64,000 nt of DNA from a virus (taxonomy: Duplodnaviria > Caudoviricetes): positions 45,043 through 109,042 of the IMG/VR virus record IMGVR_UViG_3300017909_003066; one strand, 5' to 3'. The notes below the pieces were generated by a model. That model had not been told where the DNA came from. It saw only the letters and a list, made by a program, of their open reading frames with translations, and searched no databases. The translations under genes were made by a program, and so were the position numbers. Of this stretch, positions 8,956 to 17,705 are shown piece after piece (within the stretch, counting starts at the first letter, position 1; the number at the start of each line of letters is the position of its first letter).

Positions 8956-9999
8956 TTAGTTTTGGGTAACTGTCACGCCACAACCGTTAGCATTTGTACA
9001 TATACCTGTAATACTATATGTTTTATTTGAAGTTGCTGTTTGATCTAAGTCTAATGTATAACCACCGCCTGAATTTGTTAGATTAATATTTGCTGTATGT
9101 GAACCATAGCGTTGAAATACGTCAACTGTATGTCCGTCATCTAAAACTATGTCCGCAAACTGTTCATCACTATTTCCACGTTGTAATAATGTAACATTAT
9201 TATCGTCACCGTTTATTTCAATATATCCTTCATGATCGCCGCCGCCACGCTGTGTATGTTTTACAGTATTGCTATCACCTGTAACGTAATTTGCAATATG
9301 TTGTCCACCATTACCATTATCATCTGTTTGATAACTTTCCAAATTGTTGTTACTACCTGCTACAATCCAATACACATCATTGTCGCCAGTCTCATCTGTA
9401 TCCACTGTTCCATTTTCGTGTTTGCCTTGCCATGCTTTAATATTATTTGAACTACCGTTAACCGTAACTGTATTGATGTTATTGCTTTGATCGTGAATTT
9501 GTATGTCTATACTATTATTACTACCATCTATAACTTCTGTGTAAAGTGTGTTGCTATCGCCGTTATCAATCGTTACGCTAATTTGATTATTGATATCGTT
9601 ACCATTGCCTATTTCAGTATGAGTGACATTACTATCTCCATCGATACTAACAGACATGTTGTTATTGTTTCCGTGATTGTCCATGGCACTTACATTTGAA
9701 TTACCGTCCTGTGTAAGACTCATTTGATGATTACCTCCATGTGTCCAAAATCCTGCACGGTTGTTATTGCCTTGTTGTGTGATTGAAAGGGTTTTGTTAT
9801 TACCACCTATGTATGCATCACCACTTGTAGTGTTAAGACTACGGATAGAATTATCTTGACCGTCTTGTGTAATATCTAAATCTATTGAATCACCAACCTG
9901 AGTCATGTATATGTCATTTGCTAATCCTTTCATAGGAAAAACTAACAGCAAAAATAAAATACTACTGTACTTGAATAATGTCAATTTCATTCTGTCCAT
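8956..9999 (-). CDS. Curlin-like repeat protein (long, CsgA/CsgB-like)
   Basis: Signal peptide; NDIYMTQVGD; many ~22-24 aa x-Q-x-G-x-x-N repeats. Confidence 0.75.
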   Translation of the reverse strand: MDRMKLTLFKYSSILFLLLVFPMKGLANDIYMTQVGDSIDLDITQDGQDNSIRSLNTTSGDAYIGGNNKTLSITQQGNNNRAGFWTHGGNHQMSLTQDGNSNVSAMDNHGNNNNMSVSIDGDSNVTHTEIGNGNDINNQISVTIDNGDSNTLYTEVIDGSNNSIDIQIHDQSNNINTVTVNGSSNNIKAWQGKHENGTVDTDETGDNDVYWIVAGSNNNLESYQTDDNGNGGQHIANYVTGDSNTVKHTQRGGGDHEGYIEINGDDNNVTLLQRGNSDEQFADIVLDDGHTVDVFQRYGSHTANINLTNSGGGYTLDLDQTATSNKTYSITGICTNANGCGVTVTQN

Positions 10000-11065
10000 C
10001 TCCTAATTGATAGTCTCTATATTCAAAGTCGCCTTGTTGCATATTGATATTATATCCATTTGCTTGATTTAAACGTAATTCAAAAAAGTTACCCATACCA
10101 TCATCTCTACGTATTAACCAATCCGGTTTTTGATCATAAAGTTCAATACCGGTTTCAGGATCTTTTCCTAATTGTATTCCTTGATTTCTTTCATCAAGTG
10201 CACCTCGCATAAGTCTAGCAAGTGCTTCATTAATTAAATCTAAAACGTTCCGCAAAAAGTCCTGTCCTAAAAAATCAATATCTAGATCGGTCATCCATAA
10301 ACCCTCAGTCTGCACTGCTAGATAATCTTTATTCAGTTCATCAAATTCTAAAAAATCAAATCCCAAAAAGTCTGAAAGTTTTTTAATACGGTTTCTTTCT
10401 AATTCTTCTTCTATTTCTACTGGTTTTCTAATAACCAATAAGTTGTTAATCAAACTTTCGTCTATATCTAGTGTAATTGGATTCAATGGTTTAGATTTAG
10501 CAGTTTCTACAACCGTGGCTTGGAAAGCCTGATTTAGAATTACAGTGCCTACATCACTGGAAACTTCTATTTCTCCTACTACACAAATTTTACTTCCCAT
10601 CACTATGGTACAACTTGGTAGTAGGATAATAGTACTATTACCCGTTTCGTCAACAGTCATTGTAAAGTCTGTTCCTCTTACACCAATAACTGCTGTGGGT
10701 GTTGTTATTTTGACATTTTGTTTTGAGTTTTTTGCAATCTGACCACTTGCATATCGTACTGTTCCAAAAGACGCCTTGAGAGCGAGAGAACCAGTGGACG
10801 TATTAGGATCATATACAAACTCATCTATTACAAGTTTACTGTTTTCAGTTACATCGACTCTAGTGTCATCGACAAACTCAATTGATGTTCTTCCAACTTT
10901 TGTTTTTACAACATCATAACTTTCAATGCCAAAACCTTCATTGGAACGATATCCGTCACCATCCTTTCGGATAATATCTGCCTCACCGATCTGCTTGGTT
11001 ACTTCACCAATATTAGCATACGCGGTCGAGGTTAGAATGACCAATAACAGAACCAATATACGCAT
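9962..11065 (-). CDS. FecR-domain periplasmic protein
   Basis: Signal peptide; D.VKT..G...IEFVDDTRV.VTENSKL.ID; TPTAVIGVRGTDF. Confidence 0.85.
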   Translation of the reverse strand: MRILVLLLVILTSTAYANIGEVTKQIGEADIIRKDGDGYRSNEGFGIESYDVVKTKVGRTSIEFVDDTRVDVTENSKLVIDEFVYDPNTSTGSLALKASFGTVRYASGQIAKNSKQNVKITTPTAVIGVRGTDFTMTVDETGNSTIILLPSCTIVMGSKICVVGEIEVSSDVGTVILNQAFQATVVETAKSKPLNPITLDIDESLINNLLVIRKPVEIEEELERNRIKKLSDFLGFDFLEFDELNKDYLAVQTEGLWMTDLDIDFLGQDFLRNVLDLINEALARLMRGALDERNQGIQLGKDPETGIELYDQKPDWLIRRDDGMGNFFELRLNQANGYNINMQQGDFEYRDYQLGDGQNEIDIIQVQ

Positions 11066-11781
11066 TAGTCATCCTGCGTAATATCTATTTCAGCGTCATC
11101 TCCACTTGTAGTCAACTGTAACTTGTTATCATACAAACCACTTTGTGTGATATTGATTACTCCACCGTCACCTGTGTGACTGTGTGTTAGTGAATGTCCA
11201 TTTACATCACCGTTGTCATTTATATCATAAACGGCAGTGTTTCCAGTTAATCCACTTGAGTTTGAAATATCAATGTCAGCATCAGCATTTTGACCGTCTA
11301 CAGTTAGTGTTACTGTTTCAGCGGCCGCTGATGTAATATCCATTGTACCTACAAAGTTCACTGCATCTGCATTTTCACCTATGCTAACAACAACTGTTGC
11401 TGAACTTCCTGTTACATCAATACTCATACTAACAGTTTCACAATTTCCTGATCCTGCTGTACCTGTACTATCACAAAGTAATGCTACGTTGTTTGAGTTA
11501 CCTGTTAAATCAATGTTACCTGTATAAGTGTCACCATTGATTATTGCAGAAACAACGTTAGAGTTACCTACTTGGTCTATATTAAAGGTCATAGTATCAC
11601 CTGTCAATTGTATTGCTGTGCTACTAGTACCTGCTACGTTGTTTTGTCCGTCTTGCGTTATATCTAAGTCTAAGTCATCGCCTGATTGCGTAATGTAAAT
11701 ATCATTCGCCAATACAGGGGTAACAAGGCTTAACGAAGATAGTAAGAACAATCCGTACATGAATGTTTTAAATTTATTCAT
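11065..11781 (-). CDS. Curlin-like repeat protein (short)
   Basis: Signal peptide; NDIYITQSGDDLDLDITQDGQNN; Q-x-G-x-x-N repeats; one Cys pair. Confidence 0.75.
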   Translation of the reverse strand: MNKFKTFMYGLFLLSSLSLVTPVLANDIYITQSGDDLDLDITQDGQNNVAGTSSTAIQLTGDTMTFNIDQVGNSNVVSAIINGDTYTGNIDLTGNSNNVALLCDSTGTAGSGNCETVSMSIDVTGSSATVVVSIGENADAVNFVGTMDITSAAAETVTLTVDGQNADADIDISNSSGLTGNTAVYDINDNGDVNGHSLTHSHTGDGGVINITQSGLYDNKLQLTTSGDDAEIDITQDD

Positions 11782-11792
11782 TCTCGCTCCTT

Positions 11793-12623
11793 TTATTTGT
11801 TAGGACCTTTATGAAGTGTGATTTTATCATCTTTAAACTTCCAAAGGCCTTTTGTTTCCCCTTCTTTAACTAATTGCAATATAGCGGCCTCAATTGCGGC
11901 CCTAACTGCGTAATTGGTAGGTTCATTTACTGCGGCACCAGTCTCTATTTCTAAAGCCTTAGTACCTAAGTCCAAAAACCTGAACACATCTGCTCCAGAC
12001 TTGTAACTTGCTATCGTTTTTTCAGTTGCCACGCTCAACAAAACTTCTCCTGTTTGTACACTAACGATTCGCATTGCCACTGTTACCTGATCGGTTCTGT
12101 AGGTTTTATTTGCTCCAATACCAAAATATCTTGCTCCTACTCCCCCGCTAGTTGTATTAGAATCGTAGCCAACTACTCCACCCTCTAATAACAATCCAGC
12201 AAATAACATTGGTTTTAATTTTACTGGTTCTTTTTCATATACTTCCCTTGTCGACCTAATTAATTGCCTTTCCTTAACTAAATTATCTAGACCCACTCTT
12301 TCTACAACAGTGAACCATGTGCCTTTTCCTGCCTTTTGAAGTGCATTAATAACCCACACTTCAGAACCTTGAGTAACTGCACTGCTTAATTGAGAAAACT
12401 TATCATTTGGTTTTCTCTGGCCCGTTTTATCAAGAAAACTATAAACAGCAATAGTAATCTTTGGACCGTCTAGCACGGGTAATGATTCTAACTTATTCAC
12501 TAATGGAGTTGTTGCTTTAACTGGCTCGCTCCATTCTGTGTTAGACATCGTTGCCGCACAACCATTTAACAGTAATGCAAAAACAATCCCGGTGAATACT
12601 TTAACACAATTAGTTTTTCTCAT
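11793..12623 (-). CDS. csgG: Curli secretion channel lipoprotein CsgG
   Basis: Lipobox LLNGC; VYSFLDKTGQRKP, SSAVTQG, WFTVVERVGLDNLVKERQLIR, EGGVVGYDSN. Confidence 0.93.
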   Translation of the reverse strand: MRKTNCVKVFTGIVFALLLNGCAATMSNTEWSEPVKATTPLVNKLESLPVLDGPKITIAVYSFLDKTGQRKPNDKFSQLSSAVTQGSEVWVINALQKAGKGTWFTVVERVGLDNLVKERQLIRSTREVYEKEPVKLKPMLFAGLLLEGGVVGYDSNTTSGGVGARYFGIGANKTYRTDQVTVAMRIVSVQTGEVLLSVATEKTIASYKSGADVFRFLDLGTKALEIETGAAVNEPTNYAVRAAIEAAILQLVKEGETKGLWKFKDDKITLHKGPNK

Positions 12624-12626
12624 AAG

Positions 12627-13085
12627 TTAGAACCCAAATCCGCTCAATGGAACAATAATTTCTGTAAATGTTCCATCTTCTTCAGTAATTTGTACGGTTA
12701 TTGTATCAGTGGTGACATCTTTGATCCAATAAATGGTAGCACCTTCTATTTCTGCGGTACCTGTCAAAGCGCCAGTATCACTGAACATATTATCAACCAT
12801 TTGTTTACTGAGTTGAGCATAGATTCTAGATTCTACATTAGATAAAAACTTCGCTAAGGTTGTGCCTTCAGCCTCACGTTGTTTTCGCCTTGCTTCTGAT
12901 TCTGCTTTTTCCTCAGCGTCCTTTTTCCTAGTGAACTGAAGTTGCTCGATGCTCAGTACGTGGTTGCTATACCCCTGTCCACTAAAACTAGGATTTTTGA
13001 ATTCAAAAACTTCGTCTGCAAGAGTAACAGTAGACAAGAAGGCAGTCAAGACAAATGTCAGTAAAATACTATTAAATTTACACAA
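12627..13085 (-). CDS. csgF: Curli assembly protein CsgF
   Basis: Signal peptide; FEFKNPSFSG N-terminal motif; directly upstream of csgG. Confidence 0.8.
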   Translation of the reverse strand: MCKFNSILLTFVLTAFLSTVTLADEVFEFKNPSFSGQGYSNHVLSIEQLQFTRKKDAEEKAESEARRKQREAEGTTLAKFLSNVESRIYAQLSKQMVDNMFSDTGALTGTAEIEGATIYWIKDVTTDTITVQITEEDGTFTEIIVPLSGFGF

Positions 13086-13163
13086 GATCTCGCTCTCCCA
13101 CTAATACACTGTTATTTACCGTTCAATGAGTTTTCATTAAATACAATTACTCGTATCACAGTC

Positions 13164-13195
13164 TTTACAGTATTATTTACTGTAAAAATTTTTAC
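13164..13195. promoter_or_regulatory. Overlapping inverted repeats in the csgF/Fis-HTH divergent region (candidate operator)
   Basis: TTTACAGTA-N5-TACTGTAAA and palindrome GTAAAAATTTTTAC. Confidence 0.45.
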
Positions 13196-13237
13196 GGAAA
13201 AGTGCGTATATAATTATTGTTAATAAGGATATAACAA

Positions 13238-13510
13238 ATGGACATTATAGAGAAAGAAACACCCGAAGAAATGGAAAAAAGAATTGCGGAGCAAGATGCT
13301 TTGTGGAACCTATTTGACGAAGTGTGGCCTAAAAATGCACCACCGCAAGTGCGAAATCTAAATGATGAAATCAATAGTTTGCAGAAGGTGTTAGTGCAAC
13401 AGGCTATGTCAGATGCAAAACATAACAAAACAAAAGCCGCGGAACTTCTTCAGATCTCTAGAGAAAATCTTATTTACAAGTTAAAGAAAATCGAAGAAGA
13501 ATCAGTGTAA
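13238..13510 (+). CDS. Fis-family (HTH_8) DNA-binding protein
   Basis: LVQQAM...NKTKAAELLQISRENLIYKLKK. Confidence 0.85.
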   Translation: MDIIEKETPEEMEKRIAEQDALWNLFDEVWPKNAPPQVRNLNDEINSLQKVLVQQAMSDAKHNKTKAAELLQISRENLIYKLKKIEEESV

Positions 13511-13573
13511 ACTAGTTTGAGAAGAAAGGGCAATTACTGACTTCCTTTATAAAGAAGTGTTCTTTTGCCCTTT

Positions 13574-14101
13574 CTAAAAGTGATGCACACTTGTTGTAAG
13601 TATATCTGCTACTTCTTCAAACAAAATAGGAGTAGCATTGATCCTTTCAACACTTACATTGAAGTAAGACGGGTCATCAATAACGTTACTGTGCAAGTGT
13701 CCATGAATGTTGCCTTTGAATCTACCTATCTGTGTAGGGTGAACCGGAACATGTGTTAAGATAAACCCTTTGTATTCAAAAGCGCCTCTGATATCTTTGA
13801 AGTGTTTTGCGTAATCCTTCAAATCAAACAGATCATGGTTACCTTTTATAAGCACTTTTTTTCCGTTAAGTTTATCTAAAATAGACAAACTTTTTCTAGG
13901 AAATGCAACGTCTCCCAAATGGTAGACTTTATCTTCAGGTGCCACAATACTGTTCCATCTGTCAATCATTACTTGATCACCAGTCGCAGAATCAGTTGCC
14001 CATGGACGTATTCTATCACCGTTACTGTCAGTAAAGGTGTATACGGCATCATGACCAAAATGTGTGTCACTAATTAAAAACCTACGCATATCATTCCTCA
14101 A
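13574..14101 (-). CDS. Calcineurin-like metallophosphoesterase
   Basis: SDTHFGH, HLGD, GNHD, THVP, HGHLH. Confidence 0.9.
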   Translation of the reverse strand: MRNDMRRFLISDTHFGHDAVYTFTDSNGDRIRPWATDSATGDQVMIDRWNSIVAPEDKVYHLGDVAFPRKSLSILDKLNGKKVLIKGNHDLFDLKDYAKHFKDIRGAFEYKGFILTHVPVHPTQIGRFKGNIHGHLHSNVIDDPSYFNVSVERINATPILFEEVADILTTSVHHF

Positions 14102-14309
14102 TTATAAAATTGTTATCATCTTGTAAATGCACCCAACGACCATCAAAATCACCTTTATCTGTTTTGTGTTCGCTACGTAACAACATTGCAGGAGCACCGT
14201 TAAATAGTCCAAGATGCTTGACTACCCAACGTTCGCCATGTTGGTGAATGCGATTCTTCCCATGTCTAGTTTTACCTTTTAAAACTACTGTATCATTTAC
14301 CTCCGGCAT
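14091..14309 (-). CDS. Hypothetical phage protein (true start MPEVND)
   Basis: The longer ORF overlaps tRNA-Trp; KGKTRHGKNRIHQHG motif. Confidence 0.7.
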   Translation of the reverse strand: MPEVNDTVVLKGKTRHGKNRIHQHGERWVVKHLGLFNGAPAMLLRSEHKTDKGDFDGRWVHLQDDNNFIIEE

Positions 14310-14327
14310 TTGCCTACCTTTCAATTT

Positions 14328-14401
14328 TGGCAGAGGACCAAGGAATTGAACCCTGTCTTGCTGGGTTGGAGCCAGCCGTGCTACCGTAACACTTGTCCCC
14401 T
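14328..14401 (-). tRNA. tRNA-Trp(CCA)
   Basis: AGGGGAC...GTCCTCT-G-CCA, GCTGG-CT-CCA-AC-CCAGC. Confidence 0.9.
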
Positions 14402-14493
14402 GTAAATTCATTATAAAACCCTCTACAATCTTTATTGTCTATACAGTATAGTATATAACAATAAACTTGTCAACCGTTTTTTGGAAATTATTT

Positions 14494-15123
14494 TTAGATA
14501 TATTGCGGGCCTAATGCCCAAACTACAAGACTTTTACGTGTACCAGATGTAACAGGATGTACGCAATGTGGTATAATAGAACTGAAAATAACCATATCTC
14601 CAATTCCTCCTAGTTTTACAACTTCAGTTTTTCGTTCATTGTGTTCCATACCACCATCAAGTTCAAAATCACCGCCTTCATATTCACTAGGATCATTCAT
14701 TAGTATTGTAGCACTTAACTTTCTTAATTTGCCAGGAAATTGTGTATCATCGCCATACGGCCAAGGATGTGCATCATAGTGCCAATCATAGTGTCCATTT
14801 TCATGTCCGTGGTATATTGTGTATTGGCAAGGTTCAAATTGATCTATCCTTAGTTTCCATTGACATTCATCATTCGCAGTAATAAACATTTGTTGAAGTC
14901 TTTCGAATACCCAAGGCTCTTCAAAGAACCATAAATCACTTCTTCTTATGTCTGCGTTTGGAATTCCACTAAATGTTTCCTCTTGGGCAGGATCTTTTGT
15001 TTGAAACCCTGTCATGCCACGTTGATTGTAGCCTTTAGTTTGTGCTATTTTTTCTATTTCTTTACACTCTTCTGGTGTAAAAACTTTTAGATATGTTTGA
15101 AATAATATAGGTGAGTTAAGCAT
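14494..15123 (-). CDS. 2OG-Fe(II) oxygenase (PKHD/prolyl-hydroxylase-like)
   Basis: YDWHYD, RKLSAT, YEGGDF, HCVHPVTSGTRKSLVVW. Confidence 0.9.
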   Translation of the reverse strand: MLNSPILFQTYLKVFTPEECKEIEKIAQTKGYNQRGMTGFQTKDPAQEETFSGIPNADIRRSDLWFFEEPWVFERLQQMFITANDECQWKLRIDQFEPCQYTIYHGHENGHYDWHYDAHPWPYGDDTQFPGKLRKLSATILMNDPSEYEGGDFELDGGMEHNERKTEVVKLGGIGDMVIFSSIIPHCVHPVTSGTRKSLVVWALGPQYI

Positions 15124-15159
15124 GACAGTAGTTATCTTGCCATGCTTAACCCTTATAAG

Positions 15160-15441
15160 TTATTGAGTAAATGCTTGTTTAATTTTTGTAAACAAGTTAC
15201 CTATCTGAGTTTTGTTTCTTGCAAATTGATCTTTGCTGTTTTGCCAACTCTCTTTTTGATAGGCTTTGATATCTATCCATTCGTTCTGCAAATGTGTAGA
15301 AACCTTTGCAGGAATCTCACTAATTGTTTTTGCAGTTTGTTCTAATGTAACAGTCTTCTCTTCAGCACTAACTGGCTTAACCATATATGCTACGAACACA
15401 ATTACTAATATTAGTAATCCTCTTCCAAGATGTCTATTCAT
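15160..15441 (-). CDS. Secreted/membrane hypothetical protein
   Basis: Signal peptide, helical body, GAGG RBS. Confidence 0.65.
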   Translation of the reverse strand: MNRHLGRGLLILVIVFVAYMVKPVSAEEKTVTLEQTAKTISEIPAKVSTHLQNEWIDIKAYQKESWQNSKDQFARNKTQIGNLFTKIKQAFTQ

Positions 15442-15466
15442 TTTTTCCTCTCATTGTTTTTGTTTT

Positions 15467-15543
15467 TGGCCTGCCTGGGAGGATTCGAACCACCGACCTC
15501 AAGTTCCGCAAACTTGCGTTCTATCCAACTGAACTACAGGCAG
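15467..15543 (-). tRNA. tRNA-Arg(GCG)
   Basis: CTGCCTG...CAGGCAG-G-CCA, CAAGT-TT-GCG-GA-ACTTG. Confidence 0.9.
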
Positions 15544-15597
15544 ATAGTGTTAGTATATAACATTTTGGAAAATTGTCAACCGGTGGTTTTACCAATT

Positions 15598-15804
15598 CTA
15601 ATCGAAATATTTGTTTAGCATTTCCAATCTATCATGGGCCGTTGCCATTTTATCCAATTCTTTTTGGATAGTTTCAATAATATCCGAATGTTCTCCAATG
15701 CCTACAACCTGTTGCATATAAACTTCTATGTTTGCTTTATGCAACTCAATTTCTGCTTCAGCATGTTTTTTAGCGGCTAATATTAAAGTTTGTTTCAATG
15801 TCAT
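15598..15804 (-). CDS. Conserved small phage protein (true start MTLKQ)
   Basis: ANIEVYM..VVGIGEHSDI motif; the ORF extension overlaps tRNA-Thr. Confidence 0.75.
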   Translation of the reverse strand: MTLKQTLILAAKKHAEAEIELHKANIEVYMQQVVGIGEHSDIIETIQKELDKMATAHDRLEMLNKYFD

Positions 15805-15819
15805 AATCCTTCCTTTATG

Positions 15820-15894
15820 TGGTGCTGGCGGAGAGAATCGAACTCCCAACCTACTGATTACAAATCAGTTGCTCTACCGTTGAGCCACGCCAGC
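15820..15894 (-). tRNA. tRNA-Thr(UGU)
   Basis: GCTGGCG...CGCCAGC-A-CCA, ACTGA-TT-TGT-AA-TCAGT. Confidence 0.95.
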
Positions 15895-15951
15895 ACATTA
15901 ATAGTCTATTGTACTTATTTTAAATTAAAAAGTTAATCTTTTGTTTGGAGA

Positions 15952-17001
15952 TTATGCTTTACTTTTTAGCATACTGAGTTGTGCATATACTTCGGAAGGT
16001 CTTGCTTGACTTGGTATTGCACTGATTGAAAAGGATCCTAATTGTCCAGAATTTCTTAAATTTGCAAAATCAGTACCGTCTTTCATTACTGCATATTTTC
16101 CATGTGTAAAGTTAATGGCTAAACAAATATCCCAACCATATGCTCTTTTATACTCATTGAAATTTGCAACTGCATAATCTAATTCTGCTTTTTCTGGATT
16201 ATCTTGCATACAAGCATTTACCATTTCGGCAGGTTGTTTGAATATTCCACTATACCATTTTGTAAGTAAATCTTGTCTTTGTTTTTTCTTAGTTGCATCA
16301 TTAAGTGGTAAATCTACTGCAAGATATCTAACTAAATTTTTAACACTTAACGTTTTTGCTTTATTTTGAATATGATCAGCAACACTAGGTAATACACTCC
16401 AATACTTCACAGCATCTTCTCTTCTAGGGCCGCCATCACCTAATCTACCACCACCTGTACTCATTTCTGCTTTAACTTCAATACGTCCGGCACCTACTAC
16501 ATCTAAGTCACCTTCTTCTGTCCTTAGAGTAACACTTTTACTCATCATAGCCATACCATATTCGCCTGGACCTTTTTGAAGTTTTCCTGCTCCTACTTCA
16601 GCAAGTGCAGTGTAAACTTTTGTAGCAGTTTCGTCACCGTTAAAGAGTGCTGATAAAGGGCCTGCACCTACAGTTTTAAATGCTGATGGATTTACAACAT
16701 TTCCTTTTGCTAACTTATCTAAAAATGCATTTATTTTTTTATAGTCACTATCAACATGAAAAATTAGTTGTGTAATTTTTTGTATTAAAGGTTGAATGTT
16801 AAAATTATCGTCTGCTGTCGTAATATTAAATGTTTGAGCAATTTTATCTTTAATATCACCTTGATTAAGGATCTTGTAAATCTTATCAATTAACTGAGCG
16901 TCTTGTTCATTGTCAGCAGTCAACCCACTTACAACAGTAATAATGTTCTGTTGTGCAGTTTTTACGTCAGTGTATTCTCTTAAAAATTCTAAGGCTCTCA
17001 T
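15952..17001 (-). CDS. Late protein, possible PD-(D/E)XK-like nuclease (start MRALEF)
   Basis: GPGE...GDL......IEVK motif; TAAATA at 17010-17015. Confidence 0.55.
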   Translation of the reverse strand: MRALEFLREYTDVKTAQQNIITVVSGLTADNEQDAQLIDKIYKILNQGDIKDKIAQTFNITTADDNFNIQPLIQKITQLIFHVDSDYKKINAFLDKLAKGNVVNPSAFKTVGAGPLSALFNGDETATKVYTALAEVGAGKLQKGPGEYGMAMMSKSVTLRTEEGDLDVVGAGRIEVKAEMSTGGGRLGDGGPRREDAVKYWSVLPSVADHIQNKAKTLSVKNLVRYLAVDLPLNDATKKKQRQDLLTKWYSGIFKQPAEMVNACMQDNPEKAELDYAVANFNEYKRAYGWDICLAINFTHGKYAVMKDGTDFANLRNSGQLGSFSISAIPSQARPSEVYAQLSMLKSKA

Positions 17002-17012
17002 AACAAATATAT

Positions 17013-17705
17013 TTATTTTATCTTTGGAAATAAAGCATCTGTGCAAAATAGTTCAACATCTGCTTCAGCAAGTCCTAATGACTTCATTACACGTGGTGTA
17101 TGCGGGTTTTGTTGCTGATTATGACAGTAGTAGTTTTGTGCTCCAGTAATCATATCAATTGTGCTATTACCTGTATATTCTCCAACACTATCAAACCATA
17201 CATCTAAGTTTGATAATGCAAGATCGATAATAGTATCTGCTTCTTCGTCTGTGTTGACATTACTAGCCGCAATCATACTAGGTGTAAAAATGTTAGTTGC
17301 CCATTCTGGTAACTCACGTTTTTTACTAGGTACATAATCTGCTACTGCTTCTTCATACCATTTTACCATAGGATGATCAGAATCTGGACTAGGTGAAAAA
17401 TCATGAAATGCACCTGTCATTTTGTTTTTACCAGCAATTACGTCAAATCCATATATTGGAGCATCATTTGTAAGCACAGGAAAACAACATACATGCATCA
17501 TCCACAAACCCTTAGATTCACGTACATCAACAACATCGATGTGCATTCTACGAACATCTTTGTTTGCCCATACTCTATTCAACCAACCGTTTTCAGGTTG
17601 ATTAAACTGTGCCATTAATGGCTCGTTAATTTCTTCGCCTCTTTCATCAAAAATTTCTATAATTTTATCTTGACATTCAATTAACTTATTCCAAATTCTA
17701 CTCAT
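17013..17705 (-). CDS. pcyX: Ferredoxin-dependent bilin reductase, PcyX/PcyA-like
   Basis: RRMHIDVVD, LWMMHVCCFP, PIYGFDV, HDFSP, RELPEWA.IF, QNYYCHNQQQNPHT; coupled to heme oxygenase. Confidence 0.85.
   Translation of the reverse strand: MSRIWNKLIECQDKIIEIFDERGEEINEPLMAQFNQPENGWLNRVWANKDVRRMHIDVVDVRESKGLWMMHVCCFPVLTNDAPIYGFDVIAGKNKMTGAFHDFSPSPDSDHPMVKWYEEAVADYVPSKKRELPEWATNIFTPSMIAASNVNTDEEADTIIDLALSNLDVWFDSVGEYTGNSTIDMITGAQNYYCHNQQQNPHTPRVMKSLGLAEADVELFCTDALFPKIK

Noticed and set aside
14310-14411. N-terminal extension of ORF 14091..14411
   Set aside because: It runs through tRNA-Trp; the real start is more likely 14309
15805-15849. N-terminal extension of ORF 15598..15849
   Set aside because: It overlaps tRNA-Thr; the RBS supports a start at 15804
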